From Guillardia theta CCMP2712 (lineage: Eukaryota > Protista > Cryptophyta), in the NCBI RefSeq assembly GCF_000315625.1, contig NW_005434604.1:186001-250000 (forward strand): 64,000 nucleotides of DNA, written 5' to 3'. Shown one piece after another: positions 38,001 through 50,333 of this stretch. Position 1 is the stretch's first letter, and each line of letters begins with the position of its first letter. A program made the translations under genes and the position numbers. Under the pieces are notes generated by a model, which saw only the letters and a program-made list of their open reading frames with translations, had not been told where the DNA came from and ran no database searches.

Positions 38001-40802
38001 TTGGTTGCGGATCTCGATGATGACTTCGTTGACATGTGCCGTTGCAAACGACTGCTTCCTTGCGGTGATGATCTCGTGCTCGGGGAGCTCTAGGGAGACA
38101 TCGCACAGGGTGATGCGCAAAAAGGTTTCGTTCTTGTTGGGAACCTGCTGATCCTGCTTGCGGAGAAACTGTTTTAGGAAGGTCTTCTGCTGCTTGTGAT
38201 TCCAACCCCAGATGCCGTTCTTGTCCTTGGTAGCATTGAACTCCTTCCTTGTGACGGCGATCGAGCAGGACCCGAAGTAGTTGTTGATGAAGTTGCTGAT
38301 GGTAGAGAGTGAGTGCCCGTGGGCAAACAGAACTACTCCATCCGCATCGATGTAGATCGAGGAGTTGTCGATATCAGCATAGCCCTTCCCGTTCCACTTG
38401 TGGCGGAGGACGCTTCCTGATACCCTCAGGCCCCTCCCCTTCAAGAACTCTGGGAGGGGGCCAGAGATGAACTGCGAGATGCTCCGAGGAGCTTCTTCCT
38501 TCATGATCCCATTCAGGCTCTCGACAGACACCACATACTGAGTCTCACTTTTCATGGCCTGCAAGACATCATTGCAAGTTCGGGTCTCCACCCTCAGCGA
38601 CTTCGCCCTGAGCATCAGGATTGCGTTGTTGTCATCGTCGGCAAAATCGTTGACGACGTTGTCTTCGTTCACGATCAGGTTGACCTCAAGCTTGCCATCC
38701 ATGTCCACAAACACTTTGACGATGTTGGGCATGAAACGCGCAGGGTCCACGTTAGCTTGCACTCCAGGAGGCTTCCAGATCCAATCGGAGATCAACGAGG
38801 CAATCAGTCTGTCATGATCTCTGAGCAGAATCAGCCTGCTGTTCGTGCTCTTGATCTTCCATGTGATCGTTCTTAGGTCGTTGTACCTCTTCCCGGACAG
38901 GACCGAGACGCTCAACTTGAACTTGGAAGCTTTCCAGAACACATTCTGAGACTTGACACTGACGATGCTGGTCGAGATGGACACATCTTCTACGAACTCA
39001 ACATCCGTGAAGTTCTCGTGGAGAGATTGCTGCGAGTAGTGGAAGGGGACGAAGTTGTTGACAACAACGACCAGGGGGAGGGAGTCCACTCTGTCTCCCG
39101 GCAAGACTGAATTCAACACGTACTCCTCCTCCTCCTCCTCAGTCGATCCATCCTCAGACTTCTCGAAGCTCGTCTCCGTCGTCTCTGACGATGAAGTCCC
39201 GTCCTGCTCTAGAGCTTCAAGGTCCGAGTGCGACCCTCCTGACCCTCCTTCCTCCTGCTGTTCGACTCCCTGGTCCTTACGTGGCGCCTCTGCACTATCC
39301 TGATCCTGCCTCCCTCCCCTCCCGAAAGTCTCGAACACGTCAGACGGGCACGATCGCCCGTCCTCCCTCGTGGTTCCGCTGAAGAACTTTAGGAAGGCGT
39401 CTGACTCGAGGTAACGAGTGTACGAGGATCTAGCGTCTACCTTCCTGCTGCTGGACTCCCTGCTGAACGGCAGCTTGAAGCGGACTGATCCCCGGATCTC
39501 AACTCTCGTCCTGAAGCCGCATCGATCTGACGTGTAACCTGCCTTTGCCCTCCTCGTTCGCCGCTCCTGGAAGTCAAATGGGAAATAGAAACTCTGAAGA
39601 ATCGCCCTCTGCCTGTCTTCCCACGGTCCGTAGACGATCGTGGGATGTACGACTGTCAGTCTCAGGCCCCTTTCAAGATCCTGCACATGCTCCATTCCAC
39701 AGAACTCCAACGGCTCATTCACTTCCCTGCGGAACCCTGACAGGTGGTCGTAGAACTTGAGGTGGATCAGCTGACTGGACAGGATCTCCTCGATACCCTC
39801 CCTCGACTTCACTCTCCCGCTGCTGTTCGTTCCGCTCTGCGCTCCTATCTCTGCCCTGCTCTGATCGTCGTTCTCACCCCCTTCCATCGAACTTCTTCCA
39901 CAATCTGACATGTTGTCGTTGCCGTCCACCAGGTGCTGAAGGAACGGAAACGCGTCCTTGAACCCGGCAACCATGCCGTGCCACACGTGCGAAGCTTCCC
40001 AGGAGAAGAGGTGGGAGCGAAAGGTCCTGCGAGGGTCCCCCGGCCGGAAGAAGTCCTCTTGAAATCCCTCGTTCTCGCATACCTTCACCTTGACGCCGAC
40101 TATGTCCAAGTCAAGCTCAACACGGCTACAGAGCCTCTTGTCCTGGTGCAGAGCAAACTTCCCCTTGGCCGCCTCGAATCCCAGGATGACCATGGTCGGT
40201 AAGCTCGGGTTGCCGATAGTGATAGTCCCCATGTTGATTCTGATCCCGATCATGCGAGCAAGCCAGAAGATCCCTGAAGCCCTTGGCGGGAGGCTCTCCT
40301 CGATCTCAACGGTCTCGTTCCTTGATCTTCCCAGCAGCTCTTCGAGGATGTTGTACTTGGCTGTGTTGTTGACAAGAGCGCATTCCAGCCCACTCAGATT
40401 GAGAATCATCGTCGTGCCGTCCCTGGCCCACTCCCGCCACCAGGCGATCGAAAGGTACCCACTTACAGCTCGAAAGTTCATGTTCGGAGTTGATATCTTG
40501 ATCTCTCCTACACTGATGCACCCTCTCAGCACAGCAAAGTGGATGCCCTTGATGTCGATTAGAACGTTTCTGTGAAAGACCAGGTGGTTGAGAAGAAAAG
40601 ATATCAGGAAGCCTATCAGGCGAGAAGAGAAGAACAAGAAGAACACCATCCATGCTGAAAAGAGAATGCTGAAGCCTACAAAGTTGTAGACATCATTCTG
40701 GTCTAGAGCCATGGCTGCCGCGTTCGCAGTTACGGAGTTTACAGCTCTACGACCGTCCTCTAACAGTGCTTGCCACTGGCTGGAGTTCGATCGGATGCCC
40801 AC
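29012..40802 (-). CDS. BLTP1: Bridge-like lipid transfer protein BLTP1 (KIAA1109/Csf1/Tweek family), >3600 aa
   Basis: N-terminal TM plus FFSSRLIGFLIS...IHFAVLRGCI...GYLSIAWW; YGPWEDRQRAILQSFYFP; NNYFG; C-terminal LEPPIAAISEVPIDIITILSWLG...TIVGM|LHEGII (FSA_C-like); stop TAG 29012-29014; first in-frame ATG 40712. Confidence 0.88.
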
Positions 40803-41101
40803 TTCTCTTCATGGCCTCTTGTCTTCACCATCATTGCCTAGTGCAGTCATGGATCTCTCCTCGCTCCTTCAGCACGTCTCCTCAGCCTCCCTCCCTACCT
40901 CCATCTTCTGCGTCGAAGCTTCAGTGCTGATCCCCCGTCAGCAAGGAGATTATTCTTCATTGTTTCCTCCGGTCGGAGGAAGAATCCGCGATTGCCGGTT
41001 GACCACTGATCCTGTATGAGGGGCATCCAGCAGGCATCCAGGGCAATCAGGGCAATCGAAATAGTGGGGATGAGGGGCACACGACTCTTCACTGGCGCGG
41101 A

Positions 41102-42513
41102 ATGCGGAGCTACGGGACCATTGCTCCTGGCATGGTGAGCATGGGGAGGAGAAGATTTTGGCGGAAAGAAGAAGAATGCAGATATGATCTCCTATTCTAT
41201 GCTCTGTCTTCTTCTTCCACCGCCGAATCCTGCAAGAGAAATGAATCATGGCATCTCAACTTCTTTTGTTGTGTTCGCTGTTTGTCACGTTATCTGGATT
41301 ATGAGCGATAGTTTGCGTCCACGTTGTGATACTTGGACGAGCAATTTTGTTGTTGTATTTGGGCTATGTTGATATGGTTGGGCAGGAGCTCGCTCAGCGC
41401 TCTTCCTTCTCCTTGAGGAGGGGGGCTGTGGCTATCGCAGGTATGGTCAATGTTCCCACCGATTCCAGCCTGAAGCCTGGTTGCAGTGTCTTTCTTGGCT
41501 GTTCTTGCTCTTGCTCATGTTGCCATCAACGACAACTCCAGAGCGTAAGCGTGACATGTCGCACCATGTTCGCCAGCTGACGCGACAAATGAAGCTCTGT
41601 CCTCGAGTACCATGGTGCCTTGAACCCAATGAACAACCCAGCACTCGGTACCAACAAGGTAACTTCCTGCGATGAGGGATGGCAGAGGTGAACGTGCACA
41701 AGGGTGGCCTCGGTACCGGAGAATACAACTTCATCAATGGAGAGAATCCTGATGCGCCTGAACATCCAGGTTGGACAGATCCAGTCCCTGTGACCACTCT
41801 GTTGAGTTGTTTTGCTCTTCCTATCATATTCAAATCCATCTGCGCCCTTTGACACGTTGTATCGTCACAGCTGGATATCAGTGGGCTACCACTATGACGG
41901 CCAACGGCCCGGTAAGCCTCAGCAGCTTCAGCAGGTACAGAAACTGACACGTCGTTTCAATGGCAGGAATACGGACATGGAAGCGACTGGATCTATCAGA
42001 ATGGTTGGGAGAATCCTGGACCAGGAACAATCAAGTGAATAGCGGAGATGTGCTGACAAATGTTGTTGTTGTTGATCGCTGTGTTAGGGGTCCGTCGTCC
42101 TACTACTATAACGAGTATATGGACGATGCTGACACGGTGAGATCGAACGATTCCATGTTGCCTGCTCTCTGATTGAAGTGGACAGGCTGTCGGCGAGAAC
42201 GTTCCAGAGGAAGACCTGGTAAGATCAGCTTGCTGGGAGCATGTGCGAAAGAACCTGTCAGTGATGTTTGATCGCTTCTTCAGGAATACAATGAGAACCA
42301 GGTCGACAATGAGAGGTCTCTCCCTGACCACAGCACCTCCAACCCGTACACCTATGCTTCTTCTCAGGGAGTGGTGAGGCTCTCGTTTGCCGTTCCTCGA
42401 AACCTCGCGTCATCTGAGCTCGTGTGACTTTTTTCCAGCTCACTGGCCCCAACGGCGTGGATCAGATCTTGAACTTTGACGACTACCTCATGAATTCCAA
42501 CGGAATTTATTGA
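41102..42513 (+). CDS. Micro-exon hypothetical protein
   Basis: Short exons (WCLEPNEQPSTRYQQ, GGLGTGEYNFINGENPDAPEHP, GPSSYYYNEYMDDADT, GVDQILNFDDYLMNSNGIY*) flanked by GT/AG; start uncertain. Confidence 0.45.
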
Positions 42514-42805
42514 GGAGATATGAAGAAGGATTGTTATTAGGTGTCAGTGAAACTGACGAAATGTCCATCATGTCCCCCTCTACGGAGTCCCTCTTTCTGT
42601 GACGGTTGACATATGCGGTTTACATACCGGCGGACTGTTTGCTCTGGTAGGGAGGATTATTGTCAACCTCGTGTCTTGGCTGATACCACTGTAGAGAGCT
42701 AATCTCTGATGCTTTGAGGTCTCTGTTCACTGACAGAATTCCATCCTTGAAACACTGAGTAGTGTCCGTACATCATCACCCAGAGTCTGGCAGCCTGAGA
42801 ATAGC

Positions 42806-45542
42806 ATGATCGAGTTGGTTGAAGGCTCGTCGCTACATGGCACTCATGGTTGGACAGCAACCCCATGACTCGCAGAAGAAGACTCAACTTCTTCCTGTGA
42901 CCATGACCGATTTACGCTGGAGTATCGGGCCCGCCTCAACAAGGGGGCCGCAGGCATGGCAAGGGAGCGAACGCTGAAGGAGGTGGTGAAGGAAGGGTTG
43001 TACGTGCTGTACTGGATGAGCGCTGCTCAGCGAACAAGAGAAAACCATGCTCTGCAGCACGCCATCTCCATCAGCAACCACATGCAGAAACCTCTCTGGG
43101 TCATCTTCTGCCTCTTCGAGAAGTACCCCGAGGCGAATGAGAGGTGAGGGGCGGGTGGGGAAGTTCAAGGGCTGACCTGTCCGGGCAGGCACTTCACCTT
43201 CATGGTAGAAGGGCTACGAGAAGTTTCCTTGAACCTGCAGAGGCAGGGCATCAAGTTTACAGTCGTCAAAGGAAGGCCACCCGATCCCATCCTTCTGCTT
43301 CAAGACAAGTCCTGCTGCACTGTGCTCGATTGTGGGTATACAAGGACAGTGCGAGGGTGGAGGAAAGAACTTCTTGCCAAGTCATCAACGAAGATCGTCC
43401 TCGTTGAGGGAGAGGTGAAACAACAATCGTGTTCGAGCACGCCAATTCATTGACGTGTACAGGTTGTTGTTCCAACTGATGTGGCGTCCAAAGTACAAGA
43501 GCCGGCGGCAGCGACTTTCAGGCCGAAGGTTTCAAAGTGGATCGACGTGAGACTTGCCCTGTTTGAAAGCTGTCTGAGCTTCAGCACAGAAATATCTGGT
43601 CTCTGCAGGCGAGCAGCGCGTCTTATTCCCTTCGGTGGACATGGACTTTGAAAGCAACTTTGACAAGCATGACGATCTCGAGCTGATGGACATGAGCTTG
43701 CCTCTCGACGAGATCATGAGCAAGGTAAAAGTATCCCTGTCACTCGGCTGATTGCTCATGTGTGCTGCGCATGCGAACTCGAGCAGCTGGTGGTGGATCG
43801 GACTGTACCTCCTTGCTCCTGCTTCCTCCAAGGAGGAGAGACGCGAGTGAGTTGGTGAAGGATCGTGCTGTCAGAGTGATGGAGATCCTGCAAGGCTGAA
43901 GAGCTCTTGTCAAAGTTTTTGACTTCGGGAGCTGACGGAAAGGCAATCAATGAGTACCAGCTGAAGAGGAACGATCCGAGCTTGCGCAAGTAGCTGCGCC
44001 TGTCCTCCGATACCAGCTGACCAGTGCCCAGGCAGAGCCATCTGTCTCCTTACCTTCAGTTCGGTCAGATCTCTCCCGTTAGAATCGCAATGAAGGCCAG
44101 AGAGTTCGCCTCCAAGTTCCCCGAGCACAGACAAGACGTCGATGTCTTCCTCGAGGAGCTGATTGTCCGACGAGAGTTCGCGGTCAACTTCGTCCTCCAC
44201 AACCCCAGCTACGACTCGTCAGTTGCTCCCCCACTGGTCCCCCACCTGACGACACTGACCCTGCCTCGCTCAGACCTTTGTCCCTGCCTGACTGGGCGCG
44301 AAGTGGCCTCGGGTCCAGGGCTCTCCTCCTCGAGCTCTGCTGACTCATGCCCTAGGGACCACGCTCACGAGAAGCGGACGCACACGTATACTGAAGAGCA
44401 GCTGGAGCAGGGCAGGACGCACGATCAATACTGGAATGCTGCTCAGGTGGGATGGGATGCTGGTGGAAGTCTGCTGGAGTGCTGACCAAGCTCATCAGTT
44501 CGAGATGATCATAACGGGGAAGATGCATAACTACATGAGGATGTACTGGGCCAAGCAGGTCTGCGAGGGGAGAAGAGGGGAGAGGAGGGGAAGAGAATGG
44601 GAGCGGAAGCTTTTGATGTCCGGTTGCAGGTGATCTTGTGGATGGACAAGTGGGAGGATGCGTATAGATTCCTGGTGGCTCAGAACAATAAGTGGGAGCT
44701 GGATGGAAGAGGAAAGGTCGCGGGGAGATCCTAAGGGCGACTGATTGTTGCTTCAGGGGCGAACGCCTTTGCAGGGGTAGCATGGTGCTTCGGGCATGCA
44801 GACCGGTACCTCCTCCTCGACACTCCTCCTCTCTCCATATCTTTCGAGCTGTCTCCCCCCTGGTTCATCCGTTCCCGCCACCTCCCCTCCCCTCCACCTC
44901 CTCCCTTTCCTCTTCCTCGCCCTCCCACATCGCTCATCCCCTCTCCTCCCTCGCTGCTCTAAGGAGGAATCGTCGCAGGCCCTTTCCCGAGCGGCCCGTG
45001 CTGGGTCCAGTGCGATGGTGAGGAGTATTCGAGGTCTCGCTTTTTGATGGGCGGCGATGGCAGCATGACGGCGGGTGGCCTCGAGAAGAAGTTTGACGTG
45101 TCGGGGTACCTGAAGAGGATCGAGCATCTGCGAAAGGGTATCGACGAAGGTAAAGGAGCACGAGCACGCCTGCCTATGACTCTTGGCGACAGGTCGAGTA
45201 TTTGTGATCCCCGAAGCCCTGGTAACCCTCTCCCTTTGATCTCAAGGCTTCTGAGTGTCTTGTCTGCAGAAGTTCGTGCGGCTCGCCACAGTCACGTCCT
45301 TCTTCTCTCCGGGAAAAGGTGAAGGCTCTCCTCCTCCCTCCCCTCCGTGAGCTGTGGGTGTAGCAGCAGCATCTTCTGCTGGAGAAGGGTCTCCTCAGGC
45401 TCGCAGCAAGAGAGCATCGAGTGAAATCGAGGATACCAGTCGCAAAGTTGCACCCAAGCGAAAAACAGAGAAAGAAGCGATCAAGATTCCACGTCCTCCT
45501 TCACAACTTTCTATCTCTGACATGTTCCGAAAAAAGACATGA
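42806..45542 (+). CDS. PHR: Class II CPD photolyase (5' end may extend upstream)
   Basis: YVLYWMSAAQRTRENHAL, HFTFMVEGL, RNDP, SHLSPYLQFGQISP, FLEELIVRRE, THDQYWNAAQ, GKMHNYMRMYWAK, ELDGR, WCFGHADRPFPER, KKFDV. Confidence 0.95.
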
Positions 45543-45764
45543 TGCGAAATTAATGGTCATATCAACTTCTCTAGTGCTTCAAGAGGAGAGTTCATCAGAC
45601 GAGGCAGGTCGCACGAGGAGAGGAACCGGAATCATGTAGTTTATGTGACATGTTAGTGATAGCTCTTGATTGCATCATTTCCTGTGCATCTCCTCTCTTC
45701 CTCTCCTCTCCCTCTCCTCCTCACGATCCCTGGATTCGTATCCCTACCATACAAGGGATCCGAT

Positions 45765-45930
45765 CTGGGGGTTGTAATTGAGGGTAGGGTGGTTGTTGGC
45801 TTACGTTTCGAGGGTGGTATGGACGAATGACCCCTTCATTCATCTGACTATCTGTGCTCTGAAATAGGGAGGGGTGATGTCATTCGAGGTAATCGGATCA
45901 ATGTATGGGGTGGGGTACTCTGCCAGTGGT
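45765..45930. repeat. Intergenic G-tract island
   Basis: GGGGGT, GGGTAGGGTGG and GGGGTGGGGTAC runs upstream of the PsbP-like gene. Confidence 0.45.
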
Positions 45931-46305
45931 AGGTATAAGAACAATGGAGGCGGCGAGAGAGGAAAGAATGGAGTGCAGGAAACAATAATGTAGAGGAGGC
46001 GAGGAGGCGCAGGACGACGCAATTCAGATGGGTAGGAAGGAGAAGCTATGAAAGTCATGGTAGAAGGTGGAAGAAAGGCAAAACACGGTTAGGGTACAGG
46101 TAGACGACAGGCCATAGCATACAGGAAGGCAGAGGAATTGGTATTCAGCGATTGTACAGTTTAGATGGATGATAATGGAAGAGCAATGAGCACTGATGCA
46201 ATGATCTACAATTATCTTTACGTGTTGGAAAGAGATTTTTTCAAGCAGAGAGGTCTTTCCCTTTGCAAAAAAAATGCTTGACTCTTGTGTATCCTCAAGG
46301 ACGCC

Positions 46306-48100
46306 ATGGCCTACATGAAACTTGTACTTCTTTCCGCCATGGCTGCCGGCGCAGAATGCTTTCTCCCTTCCCCAACCCTCGTTCAAGGGAAGGGCATCCC
46401 AGCATTGAGGGCTCAGCGCAACGTGCGGGCAAGCGAGGTGTGCATGAGCATGGAGTCTCAGGCCACCCGTCGTGAGGTACTGGCGCTGTCCTTGGCCTCC
46501 GCAGTTGCCGCCGCCATCCCCTGTGGGTCCTTCCTCCTCCTAAGGGTCTGCCGATACTGACCGTTGCTGGTCTGCAGCTAAGGCTGATGCTGCCGGTTTG
46601 GCCTTCGGGTACAGTGAGAACTTGAAGGATATGAATACCCAACTGGAGGCCTACGGGCTGTCCAAAGTTGCGAGCGTTCCTGGAGGTTTCAAGCCCCTGA
46701 TGCAGACGATCGGAGGGTCGGTAAGACGAAGAAGAGAGCAGAGAGAGGAGAGAGGGGTTGCTTTGGAGAAACAGTCTGAAGGGAATAGGAGAAGACCGGA
46801 GAACCAAGAGTGAGGGAGAGTTACGTTAGAGAGTGAGGTGGGGTCGATGAGGGGCATATTGGGACGTACACGATAGTGACAATACAGCATATTTCACCTG
46901 ACGAGCTGCTCAACTTCTCAGGTTGCTGCTAACATCGACGGCTCGAAGATCATGGACTCGATCGGATCCAAGGTCAGCGTCGGGCTCAAGGTGATAGGAC
47001 TGGAGCGGAGATTTGGCAATCTGAAAACATCTTCCCTCTTTCAATATCCTTTCTCCTGTCTGCTCTGAGTCTGAAAGGTTCCTTTGCAGTCGGGCGAGCG
47101 TGTCCTGGTGCTCTTCAACTATCCTGGGTACCAGATTCCCAGCTGCGCGTTGACTGCGAGTTCTCATCCTCTTTTCTTCAAGGTCCTGGATTGTCTCTCT
47201 TCCCATCAGCACTACCAACGGTATGTCACTGACAAGCAGCCGTGTTGTTCTGAACCTGTGGATGAAGGTGAGAGTGGAACAGTCTCGGCCGGCAACTACG
47301 TGAGATGTTGAGGTGGACGACAAGAGCTTGCTTGAAGGGTTCGAAACAGGTCAAGGGAGACAGTGCTGCCGTGTCTGCCACCATCTTGGAGTCTGGGAAG
47401 GTTCGCCGGATTTGTTTGATGCCATCCATGGTCCTCAATGTGTCATACAGATCGTGGAGCAGGGCACGGAATTTTTCGAGAAGCTCTTGACTCAGGTACC
47501 GTTGACTGGTGATCAGCAGACAAAGAATGAGGGACGATGGCAGACTGTGAGCAACAATGGATGGCAAGGCTTCAAGGTCATCAAGAAGAAGGTGTGTAGT
47601 GGCTCGATCGGCCTTTTGGCATTGTTGCGCTCGCCTTCGCTGCCACTCGTATCCTTGACTAACTGATACACGGCCCTCCCTCCTGTCTCTCCTCCGCCAG
47701 CTACCTCCATCTCTGCATTCCCTTTCTCTTCCTCTATGTTTACCTTACTCTTCATCTCATGCAGGCCAGCGAGCCTATCGATGGGAACGAGGCTGTTGAC
47801 ATTGAGTACCGCTACGATCTCATCACCAGCGGGCCTGTGCGGCTTCAATCTCGAGGATGTCCTCAGCTGACTGTCTGTCAGGTCGTCGGCAGGCACGGCT
47901 TCGCCAAGCTTGTGGGGTTGGGAACCACTGTGGTTGCTCTCGGGGCGACATCAGCTGACACTCGCTTCAAGGTTTGAGTCTTCGGACCTGTCTTACTCGT
48001 AGCTCATGGGATCACGCAGAATCTCAAGGATGATCTCAAGACGACTACTGACTCCTTCCGGGTCCACATCGTCAAGCAGGAGTTCGAGAAAGCACGATGA
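46306..48100 (+). CDS. Thylakoid-lumen PsbP-like protein with tripartite (ER signal, plastid transit, Tat) leader
   Basis: MAYMKLVLLSAMAAGAEC-F, R/S-rich transit, TRREVL twin-Arg, hydrophobic stretch and AKA cleavage site; mature part FNYPGSW..., IEYRY...VVGRHG...DSFRV resembles the PsbP fold; stop 48098-48100. Confidence 0.7.
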
Positions 48101-48246
48101 GCTGCTTGCTTGCAGACAAGGCGAGGAAGGTTGGACCAGTCAGGCATGCATGAGTCACCTAGAGACCGTTGGACACGGAGTGATCTGCTCGTTTAGTTTC
48201 TCAACAAGCGCTCTCTACATCTTCCCGTCTCTAATGACACATTCTA

Positions 48247-49545
48247 TCATACATCTGCGTAAGCTCGTTTCCTTCCCGATTGGTTCGGCTCTTCTTGTTC
48301 AACACAAGTCAGCGATTGTCCTGGAGGGCATGCAGCATTGTAAACCTGAGATGATGCTCCGTGTGAAAATCTCATCATCTGACCGCTCTTCCTCGCTATC
48401 CGCTATCACTTCTTCTTCCTCCAAGGGTGTCATGAGCTTGTTGTCCTATGATTGCAAACAACTCACATGCTTTCCCGAGCTGCTGGGCTTCTGGGCCGTT
48501 GGATCTTTGGTTGGTTTTGTTGCTCCCCACATTTGTGCGATCTCCTCTTCGTTATCATCCGATTCTTCCTCTTCATCCTCTCCTTGCTGGTACACAAAAA
48601 CGCTCTTTCAGCTCACGTTCTTGCAACATGATTGACGGACATGCTTGCTACCTGCTGCTTTTGCTCTTCGTTCCCGGCCTTAATTTCAACCCCGCGGTTC
48701 TCCTGGGTCAAGCTGGAATCAGTGCGACAGCTCCACTGCCTGGGTTACCTTAGCTTCTTCGTGAGAGTCCCATGACTTGCTCAGCGTGACGTTTCCTCGA
48801 TCAACAGCCTGACAGCGACATTGAGGTCGTAAAGAACAACGATCCTCCTTACACTCACATGCTTCTTGGTACTCTCCCGCGCCTTTGCCTCGAATCGCAG
48901 CCTGTTTTGCTTGTACTCTTGGGTCTAACGGCAATCAGCTCATATCATCATCTCGTGCTAGTCAAGACTCACGATCTCGGGCATGAGGCCGTCATCTGGA
49001 TTGGGTTCTGAAATCAGCAGCTGAATGCTTGTCAGCACTGTACTAAGGTTCAATGCTGGCTTCCACTGTCCTTTGGGCGGCATGTTCAAGATGTCAAGAC
49101 AGATTCTTCCGCCTGAGTCTATGTTCGGGTGATAGATGGGGGTCATGAAGCGAACTTTGGGGGGCTCGAACGGGTATCTATCAGGCACCTGAAGGCAGTT
49201 TCGTGATGGGGTACAGAAGAGGAGGGATGTGTTTACGCTGATCTCCAACTTGAATGCACCTCCTTCATAAGGGGTTCCGGCAGGTCCTTGAACAACTTGT
49301 AGCACTTCAGCTGTCGAGCACAAGGAAGTAGCTTTGCACCTGCTTCGAGAAGATGAATCTGCTCCCCTCTCGGCCACGCCGAGATCCCTGGAGGAGGCTC
49401 AATCTCCTGGAGGCAGAGTAGAAGTCAATCAACAGCTCGTCTCGTGCAATCTAAAATTCTTTCTCTTCCTCCTCCTCACCAGCTGCTTCATCTCTTTTGC
49501 CATTCTCGCTGTCCATGCCGACGATCTGCCGCCCTTACCCGCCAT
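48247..49545 (-). CDS. UBE2T: Ubiquitin-conjugating enzyme E2, UBE2T/UBC37-like, with acidic C-terminal tail
   Basis: RMAKEMKQL|[58 protein letters not shown]; ATG 49545, TGA 48247-48249. Confidence 0.88.
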
Positions 49546-49774
49546 CTCGCCCCTCAAGCGCACAAGGCGAGCGATCAGAACAACCCGCCTCAGATTGACT
49601 TCTTTAGTTACTGGTTAGTTGTCGAACGGCGGCGGGCCTGCCAGTCAGTGCCGGCCTTTCGAGGCTTCCGAGCGAACCGGGCCCGGGGCCCGCCGGTGCC
49701 GGACCTGGCTCCGACTCGGAGCAAACCGACATTGCCAGTTGCACATTGAAGCTGATTGGCAAAGTCAGCTTGCC

Positions 49775-49807
49775 GTACTGAGTTTAAGTTAACTTTGAGT
49801 AAAGAAG
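49775..49807 (-). repeat. Dispersed intergenic element, near-perfect copy
   Basis: Reverse complement CTTCTTTACTCAAAGTTAACTTAAACTCAGTAC; lies upstream of UBE2T. Confidence 0.8.
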
Positions 49808-50006
49808 TGTCTTGCAGTTGGCTATCCGGAACTCGTAGGGTTGCAATTCAGTTTACTACAGTGCTGTACGGTACCTGAAGGTCGATGACTTCAAGTTGCC
49901 GCCTTCTTCGGACCGGGTGGTTCAGCCCACAATCTAGGGGTCGCCCGGTGGCCCTGAGAGTCATCAGCCCTCTGGTTTCCGTCTTCCGCCTGTCTCGTCC
50001 TCCACT

Positions 50007-50333
50007 CCTGCCCCTGCCATGGCGTCGGCCAGCTCTCTCCAGCCCCCCCTCAAGCCCCTCCTCTCCCCTCACGCCTCGAGCCTCCTCTTCCCTGATGGCC
50101 AAGATCAGGGCTCCGCACAGGATGATGTCAGGCGTCTTGATACAGCTCCCTCGCTCAACCATCGATCCTCGGCGGTTCGTACTGAGCAGTATGCTGGAGC
50201 AGTGAGCCTGCGGAGCATACATGTGCTGAGCGACTTCGAGCCAGCTGTCAAGCACAGCCACGCAATCGTCTGTGTCAGCGACGGCCAAGATCTGCTACGA
50301 AACGTCCGGTCCTGCATGCTCCGCCACGCGTAG
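50007..50333 (+). repeat. 327-bp duplication copy 1, containing a 104-codon ORF (50019-50333)
   Basis: Matches 51254-51580 with about 3 substitutions. Confidence 0.9.

Noticed and set aside
31000-40700. Numerous antisense and alternative-frame ORFs over BLTP1 (also over the EF-hand, ATPase and DHCR24 genes)
   Set aside because: Shadow ORFs of GC3-rich coding sequence with no domain features.
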